DNA of 60,999 nucleotides, taken from NCBI GenBank assembly GCA_025922945.1, contig JAICGW010000001.1:1-60999 (forward strand), given 5' to 3'. Both the position numbers and the translations under genes were made by a program. This document shows positions 8,162 through 17,359 of this stretch, piece after piece; the first letter of the stretch is position 1; the number at the start of each line of letters is the position of its first letter. Source of the DNA: Acidimicrobiia bacterium. GTDB lineage: Bacteria; Actinomycetota; Acidimicrobiia; Spongiisociales; ZC4RG35. The notes under the pieces were generated by a model. The model did no database searches and was not told the DNA's origin. It worked only from the letters and a program-made list of their open reading frames with translations.

Positions 8162-9606
8162 AAGGTGGGCGGCGTGGTGAGTTCCAGAGGCTGGCCGTGG
8201 CGGTAGGAGGCTAGGACCCTGGTGCCGGCGACATCAGCGGTCTGCAGAGGGTCGCGATCGATGACGATCACGTGGGAAGGTTCGCCCACTTGGAGAGTCG
8301 GCCCGTAGAGCTCGTAGGCGGATCGAGCGCTGAGGCCACCGATGCGCGCCGCCGCCATTCCTTCCCAGGGACTTGGAGTCTCGACCGGGCAGTCCGAGCC
8401 TCCCCGCAGCGGTATCCCTTCTTCTTCCATCTGACCCAGCGCATAGGTGTGTGCGACCCGGCGACCGAGCCTCTTCTTGAGCCAGGTCACCTCCGAGGTG
8501 ATAAAGCTCGGCTGCACTGAGGCGGTGATGCCGAGGTGGGCCATGCGCTGGCGGGCCGTGGGTGTGAGCACGGATGCATGCTCGATGCGAAGAGCAGCTT
8601 CGTCTGCGCCTGCGACCACGAGGTCACGAAGAAGGTCGAGAACCGCGTCGTTGGCCCGATCACCAATGGCGTGGATGGCGACCACCCCGCCGAGGTCGAG
8701 AGCGGCTCGTGCCATCTCATCGGCGTGGGGGCGACGCAAGCGCATGATGCCCACGTTGTCGGGGTCATCGCTGAAGCCTTCATGGAGAGCTGCGGTACGA
8801 CCACCGAGGGCTCCGTCGGCAAACTCCTTCCAGCCCCCGAACTTGATGTTGGTGCCTGCACCCTGCAGTGCGGCGGCGGCAGAGCCCAGACTCGGAGGAT
8901 CCGGTGCGGTCACCAGTACCTCGAAATCAAGGGGCACCCGGGGGGCCAGGGACATCAGGGTCGTCAATTCCTCTGGCACCTCGCAAAAGAGCGGGTCGCT
9001 CGTCGAAACGATGGCGGTGATCGTCCCCAGCCCCAGGCTGGCCAGGCCCACCAGCGACTGTTCGACGATTTCGGGGGCCAGGGGGAACTGCCTGGAGGCG
9101 ACCTCACGCAGGACGGGCCCGATCTCTTCTTCGCGCAGGATCCCGTCAGGGTGATCGCTGAGGCCGGCCAGTGCCAGCGCCGCACTATTGGCGACGGCGA
9201 TGTGGCCGCAATAGCGATGGAGCAAGATCGGCGTGGTCGCCACCATCTCGTCAAGCTCCCAGCGGTTGGGGAGACGTAGTTCGGAGAGGGCCTCGTCGTC
9301 GAGGCGGGTTGCCGTCAATGACTCGCCCGGTTGCAAACGGGCTGCCGCCGCTTGCAGCCGCTTGCGCAGGCCGTCGAAATCGGGCACTTCTTTGAGGGTG
9401 AGCCGGGAGAGGGCAGCGGCGTAGCCCAGGGGATGGAAGTGGTGATCGTGCCGAGGTGCACCGAGGAAGCCTTCGTGTTGGCTCACCTCGTAGGTGCCAT
9501 CGAACTCGGCGCGACGGCCGATCGCGGCAATCCGATCACCGTCGATCAGGACCGAGTCGGCGTCGGCGAGGCCGACGATGCCCGAGGAGACGAGAAGACG
9601 TCTCAT
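8155..9606 (-). CDS. amidohydrolase-family metal-dependent hydrolase
   Basis: HDHHFH metal-binding start of the TIM barrel, AIHAIGD, and C-terminal GGSDCP motif. Confidence 0.8.
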   Translation of the reverse strand: MRRLLVSSGIVGLADADSVLIDGDRIAAIGRRAEFDGTYEVSQHEGFLGAPRHDHHFHPLGYAAALSRLTLKEVPDFDGLRKRLQAAAARLQPGESLTATRLDDEALSELRLPNRWELDEMVATTPILLHRYCGHIAVANSAALALAGLSDHPDGILREEEIGPVLREVASRQFPLAPEIVEQSLVGLASLGLGTITAIVSTSDPLFCEVPEELTTLMSLAPRVPLDFEVLVTAPDPPSLGSAAAALQGAGTNIKFGGWKEFADGALGGRTAALHEGFSDDPDNVGIMRLRRPHADEMARAALDLGGVVAIHAIGDRANDAVLDLLRDLVVAGADEAALRIEHASVLTPTARQRMAHLGITASVQPSFITSEVTWLKKRLGRRVAHTYALGQMEEEGIPLRGGSDCPVETPSPWEGMAAARIGGLSARSAYELYGPTLQVGEPSHVIVIDRDPLQTADVAGTRVLASYRHGQPLELTTPPTFV

Positions 9607-10397
9607 TTGATGTGTTCCGGAATGGCGAGGCCTACCGCAGCCACTAAATCGTGATGGATGCCACCGTTGCTGGCCACGATGCCGCTGTCGTCAAGGCGGT
9701 ACGGCTTGCCGAGATGATTCGTGACCATGCCTCCAGCTTCGGTAATCATCAGTACGCCTGCGCCGGTATCCCAGGGACTGATCCCGAACTCCCAGTATCC
9801 GTCGTATCGACCGCACGCGACCCAGGCCAGATCGAGGGCCGCGCTGCCGAGCCGCCGGATTCCCTGCACCCGGGCGAGCACATGGCCGAGATTCTCGGCG
9901 TAAGCCTCTCCGTGGAGGTTGCGGTCGTACGGAAAACCAGTGGCGATCATGGCGTTCTTGAGGACTCGCTCCTCGGAGACATTGATCGGAGCGGCCTCGA
10001 TTTCCGAACCCTTCCCTTGCTGGGCGATGAACTCCTCATGTCGGGTCACATCCTCGATGACACCCACTGCGGGCTGCCCGTCAACCCAGAGGGCGACTGA
10101 AACGGAGACGTGGGGGATCCCGTGGATGAAGTTGACGGTCCCATCCAGTGGGTCGACGATCCAGACCCTTCCCTCTTCCCAACCGGTGCCACCGCTTTCC
10201 TCGGCCAGGATGGCGTCGTGGGGCCGGAACCTCCGCAACAACCCGATGATCGCTTCCTCGGCCTGGTTGTCCACGTCGGTGACGGGATTGGCGTCGCCCT
10301 TGAAACGAGTGCCGACAACCGATCCCAGGGCCGCAAAGACGATGGCGGCTCCGGTTCGGGCGGCATCGACGGCAACCTCGAGATCGGACGGTCTCAC
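9603..10397 (-). CDS. inositol monophosphatase family protein
   Basis: WIVDPLDGTVNF and WDTGAG motifs. Only the C-terminal 265 codons of the 845-aa track ORF look real. GTG start at 10397. Confidence 0.8.
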   Translation of the reverse strand: MRPSDLEVAVDAARTGAAIVFAALGSVVGTRFKGDANPVTDVDNQAEEAIIGLLRRFRPHDAILAEESGGTGWEEGRVWIVDPLDGTVNFIHGIPHVSVSVALWVDGQPAVGVIEDVTRHEEFIAQQGKGSEIEAAPINVSEERVLKNAMIATGFPYDRNLHGEAYAENLGHVLARVQGIRRLGSAALDLAWVACGRYDGYWEFGISPWDTGAGVLMITEAGGMVTNHLGKPYRLDDSGIVASNGGIHHDLVAAVGLAIPEHIK

Positions 10398-10430
10398 GGG
10401 ATCAATCTTCGCATTCGTACACTCCACCTC

Positions 10431-11891
10431 GTGCGGTCGGCATTGCTCTCTCTGGCCGCGGCTGGGTTGTTGGTGCTCGCGTTTCCCCCCTATTCGATTG
10501 CCTTTCTTGTCCCGGTGGCCCTGGCATTGTTTCTTTACACTTTGCGGCGCACACGCCATCCCCTGCTCTGCGGCGTGATCTTCGGCTGGGGATTCTTCAG
10601 TGGCCTCGTGTACTGGGTAGGAGAGCTGGGCTTTATCGCCGTCGCCCCCCTGGTGTTCGTGTTCGGGCTTTATCCGGGACTCTATGGGTGGCTTGTCGCC
10701 CGGGTCCCGGACGGGTCTCCGTTCTTCGCGGCGGCCGTGGGAGGTTGGGCGCTGCTCGAGTTGATTCGGGTTCGATTCCCGGTGGGTGGCTTCGAGTGGG
10801 GCCTCACCGGCTACCCCATAGGCGAGTACCGGTGGACCCGGGAGGCGGCGGCGTTCGTCGGCACCAGCGGTTGGGGAGTGGTGCTCATGGCGCTGGCGGC
10901 GGGACTGGTGCTTTCTTGGGAACGACGCCGAATCACAAAGCCCCTGCTCGTCGCCGGAGGGGCCACGGTGATCCTGGCCCTTTTGGGTGCTTCGGTCCCG
11001 GGACGGGCGACCGGCGATACGGTGCGGGTGGCCATAGTGCAGGGCTCGACTCCGTGTCCCCTCGAGCACTGCTTTGGTGAGCGGCAGGCAACTTACGAGA
11101 TGCATCTCGCGCAAACCCGTGCCATTCGGGAAGGATCTGTCGAACTCGTCGTTTGGCCGGAGGGATCGACCGGTTCCTTCGATGCGGATCCGGTCTTGGT
11201 CCCCGAGGTGGCGGCGGAGATCGGGGCCGAGGCTGCTCGCATCGGGGCCTCGTTCCTCGTGGGAGGCGACCGACCGATCAGCGACACTGAATGGATCAAC
11301 GCCATTGTCGCCTTCGATGAGGATGGCGAGATTGTCGGCGAGTATCGCAAGCGGCACCCGGTCCCGTTTGGGGAGTACATCCCGGCGCGGCCGTTGTTCG
11401 ATTGGATCCCTGCCCTCTCGCAGGTGCCGAGAGACATGATCAGAGGTGATCGCAGCGGTGTGTTCGATCTCGTTCCCGGACGTATTGGCACCATTATTTC
11501 CTTCGAAGGGGCCTTCGCTCGCTACGGCCGCACCGCGGCCCGGGCCGGGGCAGAGCTCTTGGTGGTGGCCAGCAACGAAGGGAGCTACGAGTTCACGCCG
11601 GTCTCGGATCAATTCATTGGCATGACCAGGATGCGGTCTGCCGAGCTCGGGTTGGATGTCGTCCACGCCGCCGTCACCGGCAAGTCCACTTTCATCACCG
11701 ATGGCGGGGTGGTAGGTGAGGCCGCCGATTTCCTTGCGGAAACCGTGATCTATGAGGACCTTGAGCTGGCGACCGGTCCGTTGACTCTGTACGCCAGATG
11801 GGGGGACTGGGTGCAGATCGTCACCGTTTCTGCCGCCGCTCTCTACTTCTTTTGGAAGCGCCCCTCCGCCAGGCGGGAAATCCCCTCCTAA
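10431..11891 (+). CDS. lnt: apolipoprotein N-acyltransferase homolog
   Basis: Polytopic N-terminus plus C-N hydrolase domain with VVWPEGS and YRKRHPVPFGEYIP. The third catalytic position reads IISFEG, not xCxE. GTG start at 10431. Confidence 0.75.
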   Translation: MRSALLSLAAAGLLVLAFPPYSIAFLVPVALALFLYTLRRTRHPLLCGVIFGWGFFSGLVYWVGELGFIAVAPLVFVFGLYPGLYGWLVARVPDGSPFFAAAVGGWALLELIRVRFPVGGFEWGLTGYPIGEYRWTREAAAFVGTSGWGVVLMALAAGLVLSWERRRITKPLLVAGGATVILALLGASVPGRATGDTVRVAIVQGSTPCPLEHCFGERQATYEMHLAQTRAIREGSVELVVWPEGSTGSFDADPVLVPEVAAEIGAEAARIGASFLVGGDRPISDTEWINAIVAFDEDGEIVGEYRKRHPVPFGEYIPARPLFDWIPALSQVPRDMIRGDRSGVFDLVPGRIGTIISFEGAFARYGRTAARAGAELLVVASNEGSYEFTPVSDQFIGMTRMRSAELGLDVVHAAVTGKSTFITDGGVVGEAADFLAETVIYEDLELATGPLTLYARWGDWVQIVTVSAAALYFFWKRPSARREIPS

Positions 11892-11900
11892 CGTTGACCG

Positions 11901-12875
11901 ATGCCCAAGTTCGCCTGGCTGGCCTCCCACGAGTCGTATCAACCAGAGGTGTTGATCGACCAGGTGATCGCCGCCGACCGCGCTGGATTCGATTGCATCA
12001 CTGCCTCCGACCATTTCCATCCCTGGGTCGACGATCAATCTGCAGCGGGCTTTGTCTGGACGTGGCTGGGAGCGGCGGCAATGCGGGCAGAGCGGATGAC
12101 CTTCGTAACCTCCGTTACCTGCCCGCTCTTTCACTACCACCCCGCTCTGGTGGCCCAGGCTGCTGCCACCGTGTCCCGACTAGCTAAAGGCGGGTTTGTC
12201 CTCGGCGTCGGTACCGGGGAAAACATCAACGAGGGGCCCTTCGGATACGAGTTTCCCGGATACGGGGAGCGGATTCGACGGATGAAAGAGGCTCTTGAGA
12301 TCATCCAACGGTTGCTGAGGGGTGAGAAGCTCGATTACGAAGGCACCTACTACCAGGTCCGCAAGGCCAAGCTCTACAGCCCGCCAATCGGCGGTGTCCC
12401 AGTGTGGATGGCGGCGGGCGGGGAGCAATCGGCCGCCTTTGCCGGCAGGAATTGTGTCGGGCTCATCACCTCGGTCAAGGATCCAGCCGAGACCGTGGCC
12501 AAAATCATCAAACCCTTCCTGGCGGAGCGGACCGGCCCCAGCTCAGTGATGGCGACCCGCTGGCTGGTCCTCGCCGCCTCCGATGACGAGGCCTGGGAGG
12601 CACTGGGATCGATGAGAGGCCTGCGCGCTCCCGGTCGATCGGAGGCCATCGATCCCATGGTCTTGCGCAAAGCCGCCGACGAGATGGATCCCAAGGAGAT
12701 CCTCTCCAAATACTCCATCGTCTCCGGTCCCGAAGAGATCATCGAGGCCTACCGACCATTGGTAACCGAGATCGATGCCGACATCATCTCGATCCAGGTG
12801 GCGTCAACCGATCCGCACCGAGCAATCGACATGATCGGGCGCGAGGTGCTGCCCGAGCTGAGGCGTTCCTATTGA
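11901..12875 (+). CDS. LLM-class F420-dependent oxidoreductase (G6PDH-related family)
   Basis: N-terminus FAWLASHESYQPEVLIDQVIAADRAGFDCITASDHFHPW is the hallmark of the F420-dependent LLM/Fgd-like family. Confidence 0.8.
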   Translation: MPKFAWLASHESYQPEVLIDQVIAADRAGFDCITASDHFHPWVDDQSAAGFVWTWLGAAAMRAERMTFVTSVTCPLFHYHPALVAQAAATVSRLAKGGFVLGVGTGENINEGPFGYEFPGYGERIRRMKEALEIIQRLLRGEKLDYEGTYYQVRKAKLYSPPIGGVPVWMAAGGEQSAAFAGRNCVGLITSVKDPAETVAKIIKPFLAERTGPSSVMATRWLVLAASDDEAWEALGSMRGLRAPGRSEAIDPMVLRKAADEMDPKEILSKYSIVSGPEEIIEAYRPLVTEIDADIISIQVASTDPHRAIDMIGREVLPELRRSY

Positions 12876-12924
12876 AAGATCTCCCTACACAGGCGAGTTC
12901 GCAGCGCATTCGACCGCCGATTCC

Positions 12925-13524
12925 CTATTGGGAAGAATGTGGTTCGTCCCACCGTCTCAGAAGTGCCTCTCCGCGCGGAGAAAGTCGATACCCGACCCGC
13001 AGGCTGAGCGTCAATCCCATGTTCTTGAGCTTGCGGACGTCGGTCTTGAAGGGCTGAGTTTCCCGACCAAACCATTGAGCCAGATCGGGCGCTCGCCGGC
13101 CCGGATTTGCGGCGATGGCTTGGAGTACCGCTCGTGTCCAAGGACCATGTGAGGAAGCGCGGTCGAGGCGGTCGAGTCGGCGAGAAATTTGAGAGATCTC
13201 CTCTGGGGTCAGCTGGTCATTTTCGGCGAGCAAGGTCCGCGGGTCCGGTTCGGTAACGATGTGAAAGCGCACTCGATAGAGAGGGAGACCGTCGCGCTCG
13301 GGCAGATCGGAAACGAGAGAAGCGGCGTCGGCATGTCCCGCGGCACGCGCTTCGTCATCATCGATATCACTGGCGTCGATCACCCCCACCTCGTCGACCT
13401 CGATGATTCCCGCGGCAGTCCGGTACCGGCGCCCGGCGAGGACCTGTTGGGTCTTCCAGCGTCGGAAAGCCATCGTCACCTGGCCGTCGGCGACGGGCTG
13501 CCAGTACTGCTTGAGAAACCTCAT
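12925..13524 (-). CDS. hypothetical protein, ASCH/PUA-like N-terminus plus winged-helix-like C-terminus
   Basis: 199 aa. QYWQPVADGQVTMAFRRWKT resembles ASCH-domain openings. Last gene of the WYL-DUF72 operon. Confidence 0.45.
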   Translation of the reverse strand: MRFLKQYWQPVADGQVTMAFRRWKTQQVLAGRRYRTAAGIIEVDEVGVIDASDIDDDEARAAGHADAASLVSDLPERDGLPLYRVRFHIVTEPDPRTLLAENDQLTPEEISQISRRLDRLDRASSHGPWTRAVLQAIAANPGRRAPDLAQWFGRETQPFKTDVRKLKNMGLTLSLRVGYRLSPRGEALLRRWDEPHSSQ

Positions 13525-13540
13525 TTCAGTTGGATAAAGG

Positions 13541-14467
13541 TCAAGCGCCGTAGAGCAGGTCAGCCATCAAATAGGCCGACTTGATTCCCAGATCGGCATA
13601 GCAGTTGTTCATCAGCACGGAGACGGTTTCGGCCCGGTCGGATAGCTCTCGCACCCGCGGCACCCACTCGGCCAGTTCCTTCTTCGAGTAGTCGTAGCGG
13701 AAGCGCTCGGCGGCGGAGATTCCCCTCTTCTCCCAGGTGTCCTCATTGCGCCCGTGAAACCGAATCTCGGCGATGGGGGCGGTAACGGCCGTCACCGGTG
13801 GCACCGAGCTCTTGAAGCCTTGGGGCTCGTCGACGCACACATAGGCGAGCTGGTGACGCTCCAAGAAGTCAAGGGTGTCCTGGCGGTTCTCTTCGTCGAG
13901 CCAGCGCCCGTTTCGAAACTCGACTGCAATCTGAAAGTCGGCTAGATGCTCGGCGGCCCACTTCAGATAGCCGAAGCTTCCCCGGGTGGGATAGACGAAG
14001 GGCGGCATTTGGAACAGCACGACGCCCAGCTTCCCAGCCGAATGCAATGGCATGAGCGCCTCTCGAAAGCGCGCCACCGCATCGGCCTGGAGAGTCCTTG
14101 GTAGGTCCCGCATGTAGATGTTGCGTTTCTCGGAGAGCTCCGTAGGCAGTTCTTCCCGAAAGTCCTTCCACAAAGCGGAAGGGGGCGTGGGATGTTGGGT
14201 CAATAGTCGGAACGCTTTGATGTCGAACGTGAAGCCGGGTGGGGTTCTCTCCACCCACAAGCCGGCGGTCTTCTCGATTGGCGGGGCGTAATACGTGGAA
14301 TCCACCTCGACGATCGAGAATTCGTCGGCATAGAAGGAGAGCCTCTCTTCGGCGGTCATCTTCTCCCGGGGATAGAACGCATCGGTCTTGGTCAGCGTCG
14401 GATCGGTCCACGAGCAGGTCCCGACGCGGATGTTGTCTGAGCTCAGCGCCTCGATTGATTTCTTCAT
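13541..14467 (-). CDS. DUF72 (YecE/UPF0759) family protein
   Basis: IRVGTCSWTDPTL, SFYADEFSIVEVDSTYY and FEFRN-like motifs. ATG 14467 forms an ATGA overlap with the regulator stop. Confidence 0.8.
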   Translation of the reverse strand: MKKSIEALSSDNIRVGTCSWTDPTLTKTDAFYPREKMTAEERLSFYADEFSIVEVDSTYYAPPIEKTAGLWVERTPPGFTFDIKAFRLLTQHPTPPSALWKDFREELPTELSEKRNIYMRDLPRTLQADAVARFREALMPLHSAGKLGVVLFQMPPFVYPTRGSFGYLKWAAEHLADFQIAVEFRNGRWLDEENRQDTLDFLERHQLAYVCVDEPQGFKSSVPPVTAVTAPIAEIRFHGRNEDTWEKRGISAAERFRYDYSKKELAEWVPRVRELSDRAETVSVLMNNCYADLGIKSAYLMADLLYGA

Positions 14468-15417
14468 GATGCCTCCAACGAACGAGCCATACGTGAGGTC
14501 AGGCCGGCGACATAGTTTCTCAGCTCGGGAGGCTCGTGAATCACGAAGTCGACGCCGAGCCAGGTGATCTGAAATGCGAGCCACTCGAGCTGATCGCCCT
14601 CGAGGCGTAGCAAAGAATGTTCCTCATCGATGGCTTCGACACTCACGTCCCGTAGCTGCCTGGTGACTTCTTCCGCTGGGGCCGCGATGGTGGCCGACAC
14701 CCGATAACGAGTGGGTATCGAACGCAGGGACTCGGTGACATAGCTGGCGGCGTCTCCCCCGGGGATGGCCCGAGGCTTGAAGTCGAACTTGGTGGCACGG
14801 GGGGCCTTGATCCGATCGAGGCGAAAGGTTCGCCAGTCATCGCGCTCGCGATCGAAAGCGACGAGGTACCAGCGCTGGCGCAGGGAAACGAGCTGGTGCG
14901 GCTCGACGTGGCGTTCGCTGTCCTCACCCTCGCGACTGGTGTATTCGAAACGAAGCCGCTCGTGATCTCGACAGGCCTGGGCGATCGTGGTCAAGACTTC
15001 GGCATCGACTTTGACCCAGGCGCGGATCATGGGTACGACGGCCGACTGCAGCATGTTTATCCGGCGCCGGATGCGGGGAGGAAGGACGTTCTCCAACTTT
15101 GAGAGAGCGCGCAAGGAGGTTTCTTCGATGCCGGTGATGGTTCCCCCGGCAGCCGTCAAGAGCCCCATGGCGATGGCAACGGCCTCCTCATCATCGAGGA
15201 GCAGCGGCGGGATATCGCTGCCGGCTCCCAGCTGGTATCCGCCAAAGGGTCCGGGGGTGGCGGCCACCGGGTAGCCGAGATCGCGGAGGCGCTCGATGTC
15301 CCGTCGCAGGGTTCGCTCCGAGACCTCGAGTCGGTCGAGGAGCTCGTGACCAGACCAGGTGCGGCGGGTTTGCAGAAGTGACAACAATCGCAGCAGCCGG
15401 GCGGTGGTGTCAGCCAT
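14464..15417 (-). CDS. HTH-WYL(-WCX) transcriptional regulator (YafY/PafBC-like architecture)
   Basis: N-terminal ARLLRLLSLLQTRRTWSGHELLDRLEVSERTLRRDIERLRDLGYPV, central WYL-type region (RWYLVAF). Start placed at MADTTARLL. Confidence 0.8.
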   Translation of the reverse strand: MADTTARLLRLLSLLQTRRTWSGHELLDRLEVSERTLRRDIERLRDLGYPVAATPGPFGGYQLGAGSDIPPLLLDDEEAVAIAMGLLTAAGGTITGIEETSLRALSKLENVLPPRIRRRINMLQSAVVPMIRAWVKVDAEVLTTIAQACRDHERLRFEYTSREGEDSERHVEPHQLVSLRQRWYLVAFDRERDDWRTFRLDRIKAPRATKFDFKPRAIPGGDAASYVTESLRSIPTRYRVSATIAAPAEEVTRQLRDVSVEAIDEEHSLLRLEGDQLEWLAFQITWLGVDFVIHEPPELRNYVAGLTSRMARSLEAS

Positions 15418-15510
15418 GAGACACCAAATATTGTAGGAAATCCGGTCAGATACTGGCATGAACCTTGGCTAGGTTTCCAGGAGTTGAAGTTGACAGTTCC
15501 GACAGCCGTA

Positions 15511-15529
15511 TGACATCATAAAGATGTCA
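15511..15529. promoter_or_regulatory. perfect palindrome TGACATC-ataaa-GATGTCA in a divergent promoter region
   Basis: Lies between the WYL regulator start (15417) and the ABC ATPase start (15557). Further TGACA motifs at 15491-15495 and 15536-15540. Confidence 0.45.
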
Positions 15530-15556
15530 CTAAGCTGTCAGAAGGAGGGAGAAGCG

Positions 15557-16540
15557 ATGAACCAAGTGATACGAGCCGAGGGACTCGTCAAGCACTACAA
15601 GGAGGTCAAGGCCCTCGATGGTCTTGACCTGGCCGTCCCCGAGGGGAAGGTGCTGGGCTTGCTCGGCCCCAACGGAGCCGGCAAGACCACGGCCGTCCGC
15701 ATCCTCACAACCCTGCTCGAGGCCGACGCCGGCCGGGCGGAGGTGGCGGGGGTCGATGTGGCGGCCAACCCCGACCAGGTCCGCGCGATGATCGGGCTTT
15801 CGGGTCAGTACGCCGCGGTTGACGAGTACCTGACCGGGTTTGAGAATCTCGATCTCTTTGGGAGGCTCTACCGCCTGGGTCGGGCCAAGGCCAGATCCCG
15901 CGCCCGCGAGCTGCTCGAGCGCTTTGATCTCAATGACGCCGCCGACCGTCCGGTGAAGACCTATTCGGGAGGCATGCGTCGCCGCCTCGACCTGGCCGGG
16001 GCACTGGTGGCAGATCCGAAGGTGCTGTTTCTCGACGAGCCCACGACCGGTCTCGACCCTCGCGGGCGAGTGGAGATGTGGGAAGTAATCCGAGAGATGG
16101 TGGCAGGCGGAACCACCTTGCTATTGACGACCCAGTACTTGGAGGAGGCCGACCGCCTCGCGGACGAAATCGTCGTCATCGACCACGGCCGCGCCATCGC
16201 TCAAGGAACTGCCGACCAACTGAAGGACCAGATCGGAGGCGAGCGAGTCGAGCTGGTAATCGAGTCGGCGGCCAACCTGGGGCGAGCCATGGAAACAGTG
16301 AATTCTTTCTCCACCGGAGAAGTAGTAGTGGATGAGCAGAGCCGCACCCTTACCGCGCCGGTAACCGGGGGCAGCGGGGTGCTGGTCGAGGTGCTTCGGC
16401 AGCTCGACTCGAATTCGGTCAAGGTGCTCGAGTTCGCCTTACGCCGGCCGACGCTCGATGACGTCTTCCTCACCCTGACCGGTCACGGGGCCGAGAACGG
16501 CAACTCTGAACAACCCCAAAAGAAGAAAGTGAGTGCCTGA
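15557..16540 (+). CDS. ABC transporter ATP-binding protein (DrrA-like)
   Basis: GPNGAGKTT Walker A and YSGGMRRRLDLA signature. GAAGGAGGGAG SD upstream of ATG 15557. Confidence 0.85.
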   Translation: MNQVIRAEGLVKHYKEVKALDGLDLAVPEGKVLGLLGPNGAGKTTAVRILTTLLEADAGRAEVAGVDVAANPDQVRAMIGLSGQYAAVDEYLTGFENLDLFGRLYRLGRAKARSRARELLERFDLNDAADRPVKTYSGGMRRRLDLAGALVADPKVLFLDEPTTGLDPRGRVEMWEVIREMVAGGTTLLLTTQYLEEADRLADEIVVIDHGRAIAQGTADQLKDQIGGERVELVIESAANLGRAMETVNSFSTGEVVVDEQSRTLTAPVTGGSGVLVEVLRQLDSNSVKVLEFALRRPTLDDVFLTLTGHGAENGNSEQPQKKKVSA

Positions 16541-17343
16541 TGAGTCAACTGATGTGGCTAGCCGCCGACGGATACAACGTCACCCGGCGCAACCTGATCA
16601 AGATCAAGCGCATGCCGGAGCTGATGGTGTGGGTGTTGATGTCCCCGATCATGTTCGTGCTGTTGTTCTCGTATGTCTTCGGCGGATCTATCAACGTTCC
16701 GGGGGTTAACTACCGCGAGTTTCTCATTGCGGGGATCTTTGCCCAGACCGTCGTTTTCGGGGCCACTTACACAGGTGCCTCCTTGGCTGAGGACATGCAG
16801 AAGGGGATCATCGATCGCTTCCGGTCTTTGCCGATGACCAGGTCAGCAGTGTTGGTGGGACGGACCGCAAGCGACATCGTCTACAACGTGTTGTCGATCA
16901 CAATCATGTCCCTGACCGGGCTCCTGGTGGGATGGCGGATTCGAACTTCATTTTGGGAAGCGGTGGCCGGATTCGGTCTTCTGCTGTTGTTCTCCTACGC
17001 CTTCTCATGGGTGATGGCTACCGTCGGTTTGGCAGTACCGAGTCCAGAGGTGGTGAACAACGCCTCGTTCATGGTGATCATGCCGCTGACTTTCGTCTCC
17101 AATGCCTTCGTTCCGAGCGACAGCTTGCCGACCCCCCTTCGGATTTTTGCCGAGTGGAATCCGGTATCGGCCGTCACCCAGGCAGCCCGTGAGCTCTTCG
17201 GGAACACCAACCCGCTGGCGCCGGCGTCGGAGGCGTGGTCGATGCAGAATCCCATTCTCTACACCCTGATCTGGGTGGTGGTGATCCTGGCGATCTTCGT
17301 ACCGTTCGCGGTGGCCCTGTACAAGCGCGCCGCCCGCAAGTAG
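16540..17343 (+). CDS. ABC-2 type transporter permease (DrrB-like)
   Basis: 267 aa, six hydrophobic segments. ATGA-type coupling to the ATPase gene. Confidence 0.8.
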   Translation: MSQLMWLAADGYNVTRRNLIKIKRMPELMVWVLMSPIMFVLLFSYVFGGSINVPGVNYREFLIAGIFAQTVVFGATYTGASLAEDMQKGIIDRFRSLPMTRSAVLVGRTASDIVYNVLSITIMSLTGLLVGWRIRTSFWEAVAGFGLLLLFSYAFSWVMATVGLAVPSPEVVNNASFMVIMPLTFVSNAFVPSDSLPTPLRIFAEWNPVSAVTQAARELFGNTNPLAPASEAWSMQNPILYTLIWVVVILAIFVPFAVALYKRAARK

Positions 17344-17359
17344 CCGAACGAACTGAGCC

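Noticed and set aside
10398-12140. N-terminal about 580 codons of the 845-aa minus-strand ORF 9603-12140
   Set aside because: It is antisense to the well-supported lnt gene. The product is Arg/Gly/Pro/His-rich low-complexity with no motifs. Long shadow ORFs like this are expected in high-GC DNA. Only the C-terminal IMPase part (9603-10397) is credible.
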